A stretch of DNA of 59,658 nt, from assembly GCA_016201135.1 (NCBI GenBank), contig JACQDK010000011.1, positions 1 through 59,658 of the forward strand, given 5' to 3'. Below the pieces are notes generated by a model. It had not been told where the DNA came from. It ran no database searches and was given only the letters and a program-made list of their open reading frames with translations. The DNA is from Actinomycetota bacterium (GTDB lineage Bacteria > Actinomycetota > UBA4738 > HRBIN12). The position numbers and the translations under genes are program-made. The first letter of the stretch is position 1; each line of letters begins with the position of its first letter. This document shows, piece after piece, positions 45,827 through 57,566 of this stretch.

Positions 45827-47176
45827 CTAGTGGTCGGAGCGGCCCGAGAACCGGAACCGCTCGATCTTCAGCGCCGGCACGCGGGAGGCGCTGAAGAAGA
45901 ACTCGCTCGCGAGCTCGGCCTCGCGCCCGATCATGGAGACCTCGGTGAGCGCATCCAGGATCGACTGAGTGAACCGGAAGTTCATGACCGGTCCCGCGAT
46001 CTCGCCGTGCTCGATCAGGAACGTGCCGTCGCGCGTCATCCCCGTGATAGAGGACTCCACGGCGTTGACGACGTTCGAGTAGTGGAACCGTGTGACGAGC
46101 ACGCCGCGCTCGGTCGCCGCGACCATGTCCTCGACGCTCGCCTCGCCGGTCGCCAGGAACAGGTTCAGGGGGAACGGGCTCTCGGGGTTGGGCGCCGGAA
46201 GACCGTGGCCGGTCGTCTCCCGCCCGGCCTCCTTGGCCGTGCGGAGGTCGTACACCCCGTCGAGGAACACTCCGTCCTTCACCAGGTCCACACGGCGCCG
46301 GGGAACCCCCTCGAAGTCGAAGGGCACGCCCAGGGTGTGCGGGTCGGTGCCGTCGTCCCAGATCGAGATCGCCTCGGCGGCGACCTTGCTTCCCTGCTTG
46401 CCGCTCAAGCACGACCGGTTCTCGATCAGGTACCGGCCGCCGAACCCGACGAAGGCGAGGAACCCGACGAGGGTGGAGACGGCCGCGGGCTCGAGCACCA
46501 CCACGTAGTCGCCCGGGTCCAGCGGCTTGGGGTTCCGCGACGCCACGGCCTTGTCGCTCGCGCGGCCGCCGATCGCCTCCGGATCGAGGTCCTCGACGCG
46601 GCCCGAGAAGGCCTCGGCGAAGCCGCTGCCCCCCTCGTTCCCGCCCACGACGGTCGTGAGGGATGCCTGGCTCGAGGGCGCCCAGCAGAGCTGACCCTCG
46701 GTGTTCGCGACCCCGACCTCCACGGCCTGGGTCTCGTACGCGCCGGCAGCGGTGAACCCCTTCGCACAGCGGCCGATCAGGGCCGCCACCCCGTCCGCGC
46801 GCCGCGCGGGCGTGGCGTCGGCGGTGGCGTCGTCGAACCCGTTCCTGCTAGCCGGCTCGGCGGGTCCCGCGAGTCCCGGCCAGAGGGGATCGGGCGCGAT
46901 CACCTCGGCCATCTCCCTCGCGCTCTCGGCCGCCCGGCGCGCGCCCTCCGGCGAGAAGTCGTTCGACGCGGCGACCCCCACGCGGTCCTTCGTCACGACC
47001 CGGACGTGCAGGCCGGTGTCCTCGCGCCACGCGCTCTGGTGTATCTCGGACCTCGCGAACCTCGTGAGCCCGCCCCACTCGTGCATGAACAGGACCTCGA
47101 CGCCGTCCACGCCGGGAAGGGCCAGGGCGGCCTCGGCCACGCGGCGGAACCCGTCGGGCCCGATCAGGCCCGGCAT
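45827..47176 (-). CDS. tldE: TldE/PmbA family protein
   Basis: PFDFEGVP, TGMTRDGTF, F.FTQS; coupled to tldD. Confidence 0.85.
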   Translation of the reverse strand: MPGLIGPDGFRRVAEAALALPGVDGVEVLFMHEWGGLTRFARSEIHQSAWREDTGLHVRVVTKDRVGVAASNDFSPEGARRAAESAREMAEVIAPDPLWPGLAGPAEPASRNGFDDATADATPARRADGVAALIGRCAKGFTAAGAYETQAVEVGVANTEGQLCWAPSSQASLTTVVGGNEGGSGFAEAFSGRVEDLDPEAIGGRASDKAVASRNPKPLDPGDYVVVLEPAAVSTLVGFLAFVGFGGRYLIENRSCLSGKQGSKVAAEAISIWDDGTDPHTLGVPFDFEGVPRRRVDLVKDGVFLDGVYDLRTAKEAGRETTGHGLPAPNPESPFPLNLFLATGEASVEDMVAATERGVLVTRFHYSNVVNAVESSITGMTRDGTFLIEHGEIAGPVMNFRFTQSILDALTEVSMIGREAELASEFFFSASRVPALKIERFRFSGRSDH

Positions 47177-48618
47177 CAGCCGCGCACCCCGATCCGCACG
47201 TTGCGGAAGCGGGCCGGCGCGGCGCCGTGCCCGACCCGCGCGGTCTGCCCCGGCTGGCCCTTGCCGCAGTTCGGCGTGCCCCACAGGGTCCACGATTCGC
47301 GCCCGCCGACGGCGTCGCACGAGCCCCAGAACTCGGGCGTGATGCCGGTGTAGTTGGGGTTCTTGTAGAGCTGGGTGAGCTTGCCGTCCTGGATCCGCCA
47401 TGCGATCTCGCAGCCGAACTGGAAGTTGATCCGCTTGTCGTCGATCGACCACGACTGGTTCGTGGCCATGAAGATGCCGTCCTTCGTGTCGCCGATGATG
47501 TCGGCCAGCGTGCCCTCGCGCGGCTCGATCGAGATGTTCGTCATGCGGATCAGCGGAAGGTGGCTCCATCCGTCCGCGCGGCTCGTGGCGTTCGACGTCT
47601 GGCCGACGACGTGCGCGGTCTGGCGGTCGGTCAGGAAGTTCTGGAACATGCCGTCCACGATGATCAGGGTGCGCTGTGCGGGCACGCCCTCGTCGTCGTA
47701 GCCGAACGAGCCGAGACCTCCGGGAAGAGTGGCGTCGGCGGTGATGGACACGAGGGGGCTTGCGTACCGGACCTTCCCGCGATCGCCGGGGGAGAGCCAC
47801 GAGGATCCGGCGTAGGCCTCCTCCATCCCGAGCACCCGGTCGAGCTCGATCGGGTGGCCGATCGACTCGTGGATCTGGAGCTCGACCTGGCCGGAGTCGA
47901 GCACGATGGTCGTCACCTCGCTCGGGCACTCGGGCGCGGCGAGCAGCTCCACGGCCTCGCGGCCGGTGCGCTCGGCCTCCTCGATCAGCCCAAGGGTGCG
48001 GACGTGCTCCCACCCGGCCGCCGCGATGTGACCCCGGAACGAGTTGGGGAACGAGCGACGCTGCATGTCTCCGTCACCGATCGCCACCACCTCGGTCCCT
48101 CCGCCCGAGTGCGTCACGACCTGGTCGATCGCGGCACCCTCACTCGATGCGAACCACGTGGACCGGCGGAAGAAGTCCAGGTCGCCCTCCGCGAACGTCA
48201 CGCCCTTCACCTGCTGGGCCCTGCGGGTCGCCTCCATGAGCAGGGCCACCTTCTCCTCGAGCGGCACGGTGAAGGGGTCCTCCTTCATCGGCGAGCGCCA
48301 CGAGGCGACCACGGGTTCGACGGGCGAGAGCGTGACGGGCTCCCCGGGAAGCCTCCGCGCGGCCGCGGCGATCTCGACCGCGAGCCCGGCGGTCCGCGCG
48401 ATCTCGGGCTCGTCGAGCCGGGCTGTGGAGGCGAACCCCCATCGGCCGCCCACCAGGACGCGGACCCCGACACCGGTCGACTCCGACCGGTCGATGCCCT
48501 CCATCTGCTGGTTCCGGACGGTGAGGGACTCGGTGAGATCGGTCCCGACGCGTGCGTCGGCGTAGTCGGCCCCGGCGCTCACGGCGGCTTCCACCGCCAT
48601 CCTGGCGACGTCCAGCAC
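47176..48618 (-). CDS. tldD: TldD family metalloprotease
   Basis: HESIGHPIELDR, GYDDEG, IRMTN, CGKGQP. Confidence 0.92.
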   Translation of the reverse strand: MLDVARMAVEAAVSAGADYADARVGTDLTESLTVRNQQMEGIDRSESTGVGVRVLVGGRWGFASTARLDEPEIARTAGLAVEIAAAARRLPGEPVTLSPVEPVVASWRSPMKEDPFTVPLEEKVALLMEATRRAQQVKGVTFAEGDLDFFRRSTWFASSEGAAIDQVVTHSGGGTEVVAIGDGDMQRRSFPNSFRGHIAAAGWEHVRTLGLIEEAERTGREAVELLAAPECPSEVTTIVLDSGQVELQIHESIGHPIELDRVLGMEEAYAGSSWLSPGDRGKVRYASPLVSITADATLPGGLGSFGYDDEGVPAQRTLIIVDGMFQNFLTDRQTAHVVGQTSNATSRADGWSHLPLIRMTNISIEPREGTLADIIGDTKDGIFMATNQSWSIDDKRINFQFGCEIAWRIQDGKLTQLYKNPNYTGITPEFWGSCDAVGGRESWTLWGTPNCGKGQPGQTARVGHGAAPARFRNVRIGVRG

Positions 48619-48737
48619 CCTTCCTCCCGACCGCGACGGGCGCGACAGGCCGGAGGGCCCGCTCGCGCTGGGGCATCCTACCCGAGCGAGGACGAGCTGG
48701 ACCCCTCTAGGATGCGCCCCGGGGGGGGTGGTCGGCC

Positions 48738-49016
48738 ATGACGAGGAGGACCGTCAGGACGGGGTTCACGACCGAGCAGGCGCGGGCGGTGGCCGAGGAG
48801 CTGGGCATCGACTTCGGTATCGTTCCCTTCGACGTGGAGCAGTTCCGCAAGGGGATGGAGGTCGAGTTGGAGCATGGAGCGCGCGACCCCGAAACCAACG
48901 TGACCGGTGACGATCCGATCCTCACCGGCAAGATCACCTGGGCGCACCTGAAGGAGATGCCCGACTACTACACGCGTCTCGCTGCGATGGAGGACGAGTC
49001 GGGGTCCGCGGGATAG
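48738..49016 (+). CDS. DUF5661-like small protein
   Basis: FRKGMEVELEHG...TNVT.DD...TGKI..AHL.E.PDYYTRL. Confidence 0.8.
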   Translation: MTRRTVRTGFTTEQARAVAEELGIDFGIVPFDVEQFRKGMEVELEHGARDPETNVTGDDPILTGKITWAHLKEMPDYYTRLAAMEDESGSAG

Positions 49017-49472
49017 ATGTACCTGGACTGGAAGTTCCTCCATATCGTCGGAGGTCTCGGGTTCCTCGCGGCGCACGGCGCGACGGCCGCGGTCGCGGTG
49101 CGGCTTCGCAAGGAACGCGAGCCCGACCGGATCCGGGCCCTGCTCGACCTCTCACGCTCGACGCGTCCGTGGATGCACGCTTCGCTGCTCGTGCTGCTGG
49201 TGGCCGGCGTCGTGATGGGCTTCCAGGGCCACTACTGGGGCGCGGGCTGGATCTGGACCGCGCTCATCCTGCTCGTCCTGCTCCTTGCCGCGGCGTTCCC
49301 GCTCGCGGTGCCGTACTACGTGCGCGTCCGCAGGGCCGTTGCCCCCGGCGGCGAGCTGCCGCCCGGAGAGCTCGACCGGCTGCTTTCCTCGTCGCGGCCG
49401 ATCGTGATCGCCGTGGTCGAGACCGTCGGCATCCTCGTGATCGTGTACCTGATGGTCCTGAAGCCCTTCTGA
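49017..49472 (+). CDS. DUF2269-like four-TM membrane protein
   Basis: KFLHIVG N-terminus and YLMVLKPF C-terminus. Confidence 0.8.
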   Translation: MYLDWKFLHIVGGLGFLAAHGATAAVAVRLRKEREPDRIRALLDLSRSTRPWMHASLLVLLVAGVVMGFQGHYWGAGWIWTALILLVLLLAAAFPLAVPYYVRVRRAVAPGGELPPGELDRLLSSSRPIVIAVVETVGILVIVYLMVLKPF

Positions 49473-49529
49473 CGGCGACCTCGGCCGAGTGGCATGATGC
49501 GCCCGGCCTGCCACGGTAAGGAGGAACGC

Positions 49530-49901
49530 ATGCCGGTCGAACGCGCCGCCGATCACCCCATGTTCGAGCTGGGTGGGAACACGATCGTGAGCTTCGCGGC
49601 GCCCTCGCGAGGCGCCGGCGAGGCCGCGCTCTACCGCGCCGACCTGCCCCCAGGCGGCGGGCTCCCGCCGCACAGTCACGACCACCTCGACGTCTTCACG
49701 GTCACCGCCGGCGGCGGCACGTTCCACCTAGAGGACGAGACGTTCGAACTTGCCGTGGGCGACTCGGCCGTGGTTCCGATCGGCGTCCGCCACCACTTGG
49801 AGGCGGGGCCCGAGGGTGCTTCCATCGTGGTGACGATGGTTCCCGGCACCAAGCTGATCCGCGACGACGGCACCGAGGTCGTGCCCCCCTGGGTGTCGTG
49901 A
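49530..49901 (+). CDS. Cupin domain protein
   Basis: PPHSHDHLD and VPIGVRH motifs; AAGGAGG SD. Confidence 0.88.
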   Translation: MPVERAADHPMFELGGNTIVSFAAPSRGAGEAALYRADLPPGGGLPPHSHDHLDVFTVTAGGGTFHLEDETFELAVGDSAVVPIGVRHHLEAGPEGASIVVTMVPGTKLIRDDGTEVVPPWVS

Positions 49902-51068
49902 TGGCGGCGACGTACTTCTCGAACGTCACGCTCTTCGACGGGCACCGCGTGCGCGTCAAGCAGGGCGTGCTGGTCGAGGGAGACCGGGTCGCCTGGGTCG
50001 GGGCGCACGCCCGCGCCCCGAGGGACGCTCGCGCAGCGAGGACGCGGGACGGCGCGGGCCGAACGCTGACTCCGGGCCTGATCGACTGCCACGTGCACCT
50101 TCAGTTCGACGGCGAAGCCGACTTCGAGGCCGAGGGCAAGGCCCTCACCCCCGCGCTCGCCGCGCTGAAGGCGGCCGAGAACGCCCGGCGGAACCTGCGG
50201 GCGGGCGTCACCACCGTGCGGGACCTCGGAGGGCTCGACGCCGTGAGCTGCGACGTGGGACGCGCGATCGAGGACGGACTCGTGGCCGGGTCACGCGTGC
50301 TGGCGGCCGGCCGCGCCCTCACGGTCAGCGGCGGGCACGGGCACAGCGCCGGCTTCGCGCGGCAGGTCGACGGCGCGGACGAGGTGCGAAAGGCCGTGCG
50401 CGAGGAGATCCGCGCAGGCGCTCGCGCGATCAAGCTCGTCGTGACGGGCGGGGTGCTGACGCCGGGTATCGGCGCGACGTTCACGGCGTTCACGCCCGAG
50501 GAGATCGAGGCCGCCGTGGAAGAGGCTCACAAGTGGGGAAGGGGCGTGGCGGCCCACGCGATCGGCGCCGAGGGGATCCTTCAGGCGGTGCGCGCCGGCG
50601 TCGACTCGATCGAGCACTGCAACCAGGTCACGCCGGAGATCGCCCGGGAGATGAAGGCTCGCGGGACGTTCCGCTCGCCGACGATCTGCGCGGTTCGCGG
50701 GATCGCCGAGCATCCGAAGCAGGTTCCGGCCTACGCGGTCGAGAAGGCGGCGGCGTTGCTCGAGCAGTCGCGGGCGTCGCACGTCCGCGCGCTCAAGGCG
50801 GGCGTGCGGCACGTATGCGGCACGGACGCCGGAACGCCGTTCAACCCGCACGGGAGCGCGCCGCTCGAGCTCACGTACATGGTGGAGTGGGGCGCGTCCG
50901 CGATCCAGGCGATGCGGGCCGCGACCGCGAACGGAGCACGTCGGGACCGTCGAGCCCGGCAAGGCCGCCGACCTCGTGCTGTACGGCGCGAACCCGTGCG
51001 AGGACATCGCCGCGGTGCTGGAGCCGGACCTGGTGATGAAAGCCGGGAAGGTCGCCGCGGGTCGCTAA
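49898..51068 (+). pseudogene. Amidohydrolase (Xaa-Pro dipeptidase-like) with a frameshifting lesion near 50939
   Basis: PGLIDCHVH, AIKL, AAHAIG, SIEH, GTDAG. The C-terminal VGTVEPGKAADLV... continues in another frame to TAA 51068. Confidence 0.85.
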
Positions 51069-51988
51069 CTGCGCTTCGCGCGGTCGACCAGCCCGACCGC
51101 GTATCCCGCCATCTTCGCCGTGTCGATCCAGGCCATCAGCGCGGGAACGACGGCCGTCGCGTACGCACGCTCGCGCGGGTCCTTCATCCGGCGCCACGCG
51201 CGCCTCACCGGGGCGCGCGCGTACGCGACGGCTCCGGCTCCGGCGAGCAGCTTCGGCCAGGTGCGCCGCGAGCCGAACGCCGCGGCCAGCCCCGAGTACA
51301 CGGCGAACCGGAGGGCGTGCCGCTCGGGGTACATGCCGGCCAGCGCGTCGCCCCTGGCGTACTTGAAGTACTGGAGCCACGTCTGCTCGAGCGTGGGTCG
51401 CAGGCGCCAGTCGACGACGGCGCCGGGCGCGAACCGCATGTCCAGGCCGAGCTCGCGCCAACGGTGGTCCACCCACATGTCCTCGCCGATGTCGAGCCAC
51501 TCGGGGTAGCCGCCCGCGGCCTCGATCGCGCCGCGGCGGAAGGCCACGCTCCGCCCGCTAGGCATGAAGCGGGAGGGATCGACCTCGTCGGGGGAGAGCG
51601 GCAGGTTCACCGCGGCGATGCACTCCTGGAGGAACCCGTCGGTCCTCGCCGCGTAGAACCCCATGGCGACGTCGGCTCCCTCCTCGAGCGGCTCCATCAG
51701 CTTCTCGAGCCAGTCGGGCTCCAGCACGCAGTCGGCGTCGGTCACCGCGATCGCCTCGTGCGAGGCGGCGGCGATCGCCACGTTGCGCCCGCGGGCGATG
51801 TTCGCGCCTCGCTCCTCGAGCAGCGTGACCGTTCCCGCGCGGCGCAGGATGTCCGCTGTGCCGTCGGTGGACCCGCCGTCGACGATCACGACCTCGTCGG
51901 GCGCGCGCGTCTGCGCCGCAAGCGATCCCAGGAACTCCTCGATGTGCTCGGCGGAGTCCTTCACGGTCGAGATCAGCGAGACCTTCAC
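51065..51988 (-). CDS. GT2 family glycosyltransferase
   Basis: VIVDGGSTDGT, NIARGRN, TDAD, GED. Confidence 0.92.
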   Translation of the reverse strand: MKVSLISTVKDSAEHIEEFLGSLAAQTRAPDEVVIVDGGSTDGTADILRRAGTVTLLEERGANIARGRNVAIAAASHEAIAVTDADCVLEPDWLEKLMEPLEEGADVAMGFYAARTDGFLQECIAAVNLPLSPDEVDPSRFMPSGRSVAFRRGAIEAAGGYPEWLDIGEDMWVDHRWRELGLDMRFAPGAVVDWRLRPTLEQTWLQYFKYARGDALAGMYPERHALRFAVYSGLAAAFGSRRTWPKLLAGAGAVAYARAPVRRAWRRMKDPRERAYATAVVPALMAWIDTAKMAGYAVGLVDRAKRS

Positions 51989-53103
51989 GACGTCACCTTC
52001 CGGTAGACCGCGAGCGTACCCTCCGCCGTGCCGTCCCAGCTGAACCTCGAGGCCTGCGCCCTGCCGTCCTCTCGCATCCGGGCGGCCAGGTCCTCGTCGG
52101 CGAGCACGCGCTCGATGGCGGTGGTGAGCTCACCCTCGGAGCGGGGATCGACCAGGAGCGCGGCGGTTCCGGCCGCCTCGGGGATCGCCGAGGAGTCTGA
52201 GGCGATCGTCGGCACGCCGCGCGCCATCGCCTCCACGACGGGCAGCCCGAAGCCCTCGTAGAGCGAGGGATAGGCGAACAGGGCGGCGCCGCGGTAGAGG
52301 GCGTCCAGGTCCTTGCCGGCGAGCGCGCCCGTGCGGACGATTCGGCCGGGACCGGCCTTCGCGAGCTCGGCGAGGAGCTCCTCGGGATGCCACCCGACCG
52401 GCCCGGCCAGGACCAGCGCGTGAGGAAGGCCGGAGGCGGCCGCCCCGCGGTAGGCGCGCACGAGCCGCGCGAGGTTCTTCCGGGGCTCCAGAGTCCCGAC
52501 GGAAAGGACGTACGGCGAGGGGATGCCGAGGCGCTCGAGCACCGGAGCCGGATCGGTCGGCGTCGACGGTAGAGACGCCGCCAGCGGCACGACGTGCACG
52601 CGGTCGGGGTCGACCCGGGTCCGGGCCAGCAGGTCGTCGGCGGTCGCCCGCGAGGGAACGAGGATCGCGGCGGCGCGCTGCACGGCCGCGCGCAGGCCCG
52701 CGCGGTACAACCAGCGCCAGGACCGCGGGAACAGCTCCGGGAACCGCTCGAACGCCAGGTCGTGCACGGTGACGACGAGCCTCTGGCCCGGCGCCGCCGG
52801 CGGGACCGCCGCAGGGTTCGTGCCGTGCACGATGTCACACCGCGAGAGCCGTTGCGGCAGCGACGGTCTCGCGAACAGGTCCCACCGCGGGTAGAGCGTT
52901 CGGATCGAGCCCGGGACCTCGACGGACGAGGAGCCATAGGCGACGCTGCCGCGAGCGGGCGCCCTCCACCGGCTGTGGAACGCGACGAGGTCGGTCGTCG
53001 GGTCCACGCGGGGAAGCGCCTCGAGCAGCTCGCGGACGTACGTGCCGATCCCGCCCGGCGCCGCGAACCAGAGCTGATCGACGTGGAACGCGACGGAGGT
53101 CAG
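51985..53103 (-). CDS. GT4 (group 1) glycosyltransferase
   Basis: GGIGTY, TVHDL, VGTLEPRKN, SLYEGFGLPVVEAM. Start is probably CTG 53103 (alternative TTG 53121). Confidence 0.9.
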   Translation of the reverse strand: MTSVAFHVDQLWFAAPGGIGTYVRELLEALPRVDPTTDLVAFHSRWRAPARGSVAYGSSSVEVPGSIRTLYPRWDLFARPSLPQRLSRCDIVHGTNPAAVPPAAPGQRLVVTVHDLAFERFPELFPRSWRWLYRAGLRAAVQRAAAILVPSRATADDLLARTRVDPDRVHVVPLAASLPSTPTDPAPVLERLGIPSPYVLSVGTLEPRKNLARLVRAYRGAAASGLPHALVLAGPVGWHPEELLAELAKAGPGRIVRTGALAGKDLDALYRGAALFAYPSLYEGFGLPVVEAMARGVPTIASDSSAIPEAAGTAALLVDPRSEGELTTAIERVLADEDLAARMREDGRAQASRFSWDGTAEGTLAVYRKVTS

Positions 53104-53399
53104 CGCGAGGCCTCCACGCAACGGCAACCGCTTGGTCCGACCGTCGCCGCATGGGGCGTTCCCGGTTCGAGGTCCAGCCGATCGCCGGCCGAGAGCTCCA
53201 CGTCGCCGTCGTCGGTGTGGAACACGATCGACCCCTGCAAGCAGAACAGCACCTTGTGGTAGTCGTGCAAGTGACGGCCGTACTCGTCGCCCGGCGCGTT
53301 GCCCCAGAACCTCGGCGCCGAGCATCCCTCGGCAGAGAAAGCGGCGAGCACGTGGGCCTCGCTCGCGGCAGACCCCGCGGACCTGATCGCGCCACTCAC
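53100..53399 (-). CDS. Small cupin domain protein
   Basis: HLHDYHKVL and GTPHAA; GTGA overlap with the upstream gene. Confidence 0.82.
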   Translation of the reverse strand: MSGAIRSAGSAASEAHVLAAFSAEGCSAPRFWGNAPGDEYGRHLHDYHKVLFCLQGSIVFHTDDGDVELSAGDRLDLEPGTPHAATVGPSGCRCVEASR

Positions 53400-54051
53400 A
53401 GGGAGATCCCCAGGAGCTCTCTCGCTTCGTCGAGGGACCCCTTGGGGACGTAGAGCGTGACCATCCCGGAGGCGGCGCCGTCGATGTCCTCGTCGGGGAA
53501 CTCAACGCGAACGGGGATGCCGGCGTCGCGGACGCGGGCGGCTTGCGCGCCGGCCTCGAACGCGCGCACGGTTACGAGTCGGTCGTACCCGTCGTCTCCG
53601 TCGTAGTCATCGTCGCTTGCCTGCAGCAGCGAGAGGTCGCCGGTGTGCTCCACGATGATCGCCTGGGCCGTGGGGAGGTTCACGTCGTGCACGATCACCT
53701 CCACGTTCCCGTCCGCGTCGGCCTCACCGCTTCTTCTTCGGGCAAGAGCCCAAGGACCACGCGCTCGGGCATCAGCTCTTCCTGCGCGAACAGATCGTCG
53801 AGCTCGTCGTCGTTCACGTCTCCGGGCTCCGGCGCGGAACGCTCCCCGCGGTGCACGACCTCGATACCCGCCGGCTGCCGCTCGGGCTCTTCGTCCGAGA
53901 TCTGGTCCTCGCTGTCGGACGGTTCGGACGGTTCGGACGGTTCGGGCGCCGGGCCCGCCACGAGCTGTGTGTAGTCGTCTGTGCAGAGCGTGTAGCCGGC
54001 GCGGTACTCGGCGCCGCACGTAGGGCAGTGCATCACCTGCGGAGAGCTCAT
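53396..54051 (-). pseudogene. Acidic hypothetical protein (N-terminal CPxC Zn-ribbon-like, C-terminal DUF2007-like domains) split by a frameshift near 53729
   Basis: The MHCPTCGAEY N-terminus lies in ORF 53695..54051; the protein-like continuation GEADADGNVEV...LYVPKGSLDEARELL lies in frame 53396..54019. Confidence 0.6.
53916..53942 (-). repeat. 9-bp tandem repeat encoding EPS-EPS-EPS
   Basis: CGGACGGTT three times. Confidence 0.85.
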
Positions 54052-54064
54052 CGCGCCTCCGCTC

Positions 54065-54331
54065 TCACCTCTGGTCGCCGCGACCGTGAAGCGAAGGGAC
54101 GCCCTGCCTGGCGAACTGCGCGTGCTGGCCGTGCCAGGGCTCTCGGGCGTACTTCCGCATCTGGAGAGCGCCCAGGCCCATCGAGTCGATCCGACCCTGG
54201 AGCACCCAGGGGGTCGGCTTCGGGCTCTCCTGCCGGAAGTAGCGCTCCAGCGCCGTGATGATCGCGCGCTCCTCCTCGGGAGTGAGCCCTTCCGGGATCT
54301 CGAAACGCCGCCTGCCGTTGCCGTTCGCCAT
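54065..54331 (-). CDS. Acyl-CoA carboxylase epsilon subunit-like small protein
   Basis: TPEEERAIITAL...PW pattern directly downstream of the beta subunit. Start is ATG 54331 or TTG 54340. Confidence 0.6.
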   Translation of the reverse strand: MANGNGRRRFEIPEGLTPEEERAIITALERYFRQESPKPTPWVLQGRIDSMGLGALQMRKYAREPWHGQHAQFARQGVPSLHGRGDQR

Positions 54332-54346
54332 GGGCTGCAACGCCTC

Positions 54347-55612
<1,266 letters not shown>

Positions 55613-55735
55613 GGCCCAGGAGTGTAGACCCGACGGAGCTCGGGAGCCCGGCGCCACAGTGTCCGAGCATGCCGACCTTGCCATTCCCGTGGCGCCGTGA
55701 TAGTTACGGGGCGACCCCCCGGAAGGAGGAACGCG

Positions 55736-57409
55736 ATGAAGCGACTGATCCCCCTGATCATCGCGATCACCACGCTGGCGCTCGTCACGACGCCCACGCA
55801 AGCCGCCGGCAACGCCCGCGTCACCAGAGACGCCAAGGCGGGAACGTATCTCCGCTACGACGGAACCAGCGACGCGACCACCAGCGCGTGCAGTACCAGC
55901 CGCCGGTCGCAGAACGAGCCCGCGGTCGCGGTGGATCCGCACAACACGAACGTGGTCACCGCGGGATCCAACGACTACTGCGCCGCCCTCGTGAACGGGG
56001 ACGCGTGGGCCGGGTTCTACCGTTCCACGAACGGCGGAACCTCGTGGCAGGACAGCCTGGTGCCGGGCTACCCCGCCGACACCTCCGCGGCGGGCATGGC
56101 GTCTCCGGCACATGCCTTCTGCAACGCCGCCGGCGACCCGACCCAGTCCTTCGACAACGCGGGACGCCTCTTCTACGGCTTCATCTGCTTCAACCGCTCG
56201 CAGCCCCAGAACGGCTCGACGTTCGTCGCCACCTACGGGAGCGACGGTGCGCACTACGTGCGGACCGCGCTGGTCGACAAGGGCACGCCCTCGGGCAACT
56301 CGGCCGGGCTGTTCGAGGACAAGATCAACCTCGCGGTGGACCAGACGAACGGCCCCAGCTCGGGGAACGTGTACGTGGCCTGGGCTCAGTTCGCGGGGTT
56401 CGCCCCCAACGACCGGATCCTGTTCTCACGGTCGACCGACCACGGCAAGACCTTCTCGGCGCCCATCTCCGCCTCGCCCGAGGTGGTGGGGGCCGCCCAG
56501 TTCGCGGACCTGGCGGTCGGACCGGACGGGACGGTCTACCTGACCTACCGGACGTTCACGTTCCCGCTTCCGGGCACGAACGCGATCTGGCTCCAGCGAT
56601 CGACCGACGGCGGTGTCTCATGGAGCGCGCCGGTTCAGGTGGCCGGCATCGCACCGTTCGACTCCAGCCAGTTCAGCGGCAACGGCACCGGCGACTGCGG
56701 GGACGGCCCGTTCAGCTGCCCGACCGGCCTCACGTTCGAGCGGTTCTCGAGCCTCTCGGCCGTCGCGGCCGACTCGACCGGCGTGCACGTGGTTTGGAAC
56801 GCGGAGACCGCGAATGGGCAGGCCAAGATCTTCGCGCGGAGCTCGCCCGACGGGATCAGCTGGCCGACGGATGCCGCATCGATCGACTCGGTTGCGACCG
56901 GGCATCAGTGGTTCCCGGACATCGCCTCCAGCGGGGGCGTCATAACCGTCGTCTTCTACGACTCACGGGCCGATGCCGCGTACGCGCCCGGCCTTCCCCC
57001 CGGCAACACCGCGGGCGGGACGAGCTCGGGTGGCGCCGTGGACACGCTCGTCGCCGAGTCGACCGACGGCGGGGCCACCTGGACCGAGTCCCTGGTGAGC
57101 ACCGTCTCGAGCAACTTCGACTGGGAGACGCACGGGCGCATGCGGATACCGTTCTGGGGCGACTACATCTACGTGTCCTCCGTGGACGGTAGGACCAACG
57201 TCGCCTGGACCGACTCCAGGAACCTGGTGGCGGGCTCCGATCCGCGGGAGACCGGCTCCTCGGACGATCAGGACGGGTTCGACGGGTACCAGACCTGCAC
57301 CTGGGACCCGAACGACATCAACGCGCCCTCCTACTCGTCGCCGTCGGTGAGCGACCCGTGTCTGTCGCAGGGCGGGCTCGACCAGAACATCTACGGGATG
57401 AGGGTGTAG
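55736..57409 (+). CDS. Secreted Asp-box/BNR repeat (sialidase-like beta-propeller) protein
   Basis: Signal peptide; four S-x-D/N-G-G-x-T/S-W/F boxes; FWGDY; AAGGAGG SD. Confidence 0.85.
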   Translation: MKRLIPLIIAITTLALVTTPTQAAGNARVTRDAKAGTYLRYDGTSDATTSACSTSRRSQNEPAVAVDPHNTNVVTAGSNDYCAALVNGDAWAGFYRSTNGGTSWQDSLVPGYPADTSAAGMASPAHAFCNAAGDPTQSFDNAGRLFYGFICFNRSQPQNGSTFVATYGSDGAHYVRTALVDKGTPSGNSAGLFEDKINLAVDQTNGPSSGNVYVAWAQFAGFAPNDRILFSRSTDHGKTFSAPISASPEVVGAAQFADLAVGPDGTVYLTYRTFTFPLPGTNAIWLQRSTDGGVSWSAPVQVAGIAPFDSSQFSGNGTGDCGDGPFSCPTGLTFERFSSLSAVAADSTGVHVVWNAETANGQAKIFARSSPDGISWPTDAASIDSVATGHQWFPDIASSGGVITVVFYDSRADAAYAPGLPPGNTAGGTSSGGAVDTLVAESTDGGATWTESLVSTVSSNFDWETHGRMRIPFWGDYIYVSSVDGRTNVAWTDSRNLVAGSDPRETGSSDDQDGFDGYQTCTWDPNDINAPSYSSPSVSDPCLSQGGLDQNIYGMRV

Positions 57410-57428
57410 CTCCGCAACCACGAGGTGA

Positions 57429-57479
57429 GGGTCGCCGGCAGGAGGGCTGGAGCCGGCGACCCCGCCTCGGGGGTCGCCG
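57429..57479. terminator. GC-rich hairpin(s) downstream of the Asp-box gene
   Basis: CGGCGACCCC (57454-57463) pairs with GGGGTCGCCG (57470-57479). Alternatively GGGTCGCCGGC (57429-57439) pairs with 57452-57462. Confidence 0.45.
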
Positions 57480-57566
57480 CTGGGAGGTCCGTTCCGGCGC
57501 TTGGCCAGCAGGGCCAGGATCTGTTGCAGAGTTCGGCGAAGGTGTCCACGACAGCGGGTCAAGCTC

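Noticed and set aside
48673-48715. GCATCCTA...TAGGATGC inverted repeat as an operator
   Set aside because: It is explained by back-to-back TAGGAT -10 elements of the divergent tldD and DUF5661 promoters.
49898-52006. 702-aa amidohydrolase fusion
   Set aside because: The extension is read-through caused by the frameshift at about 50939 and runs antisense to the GT2 gene.
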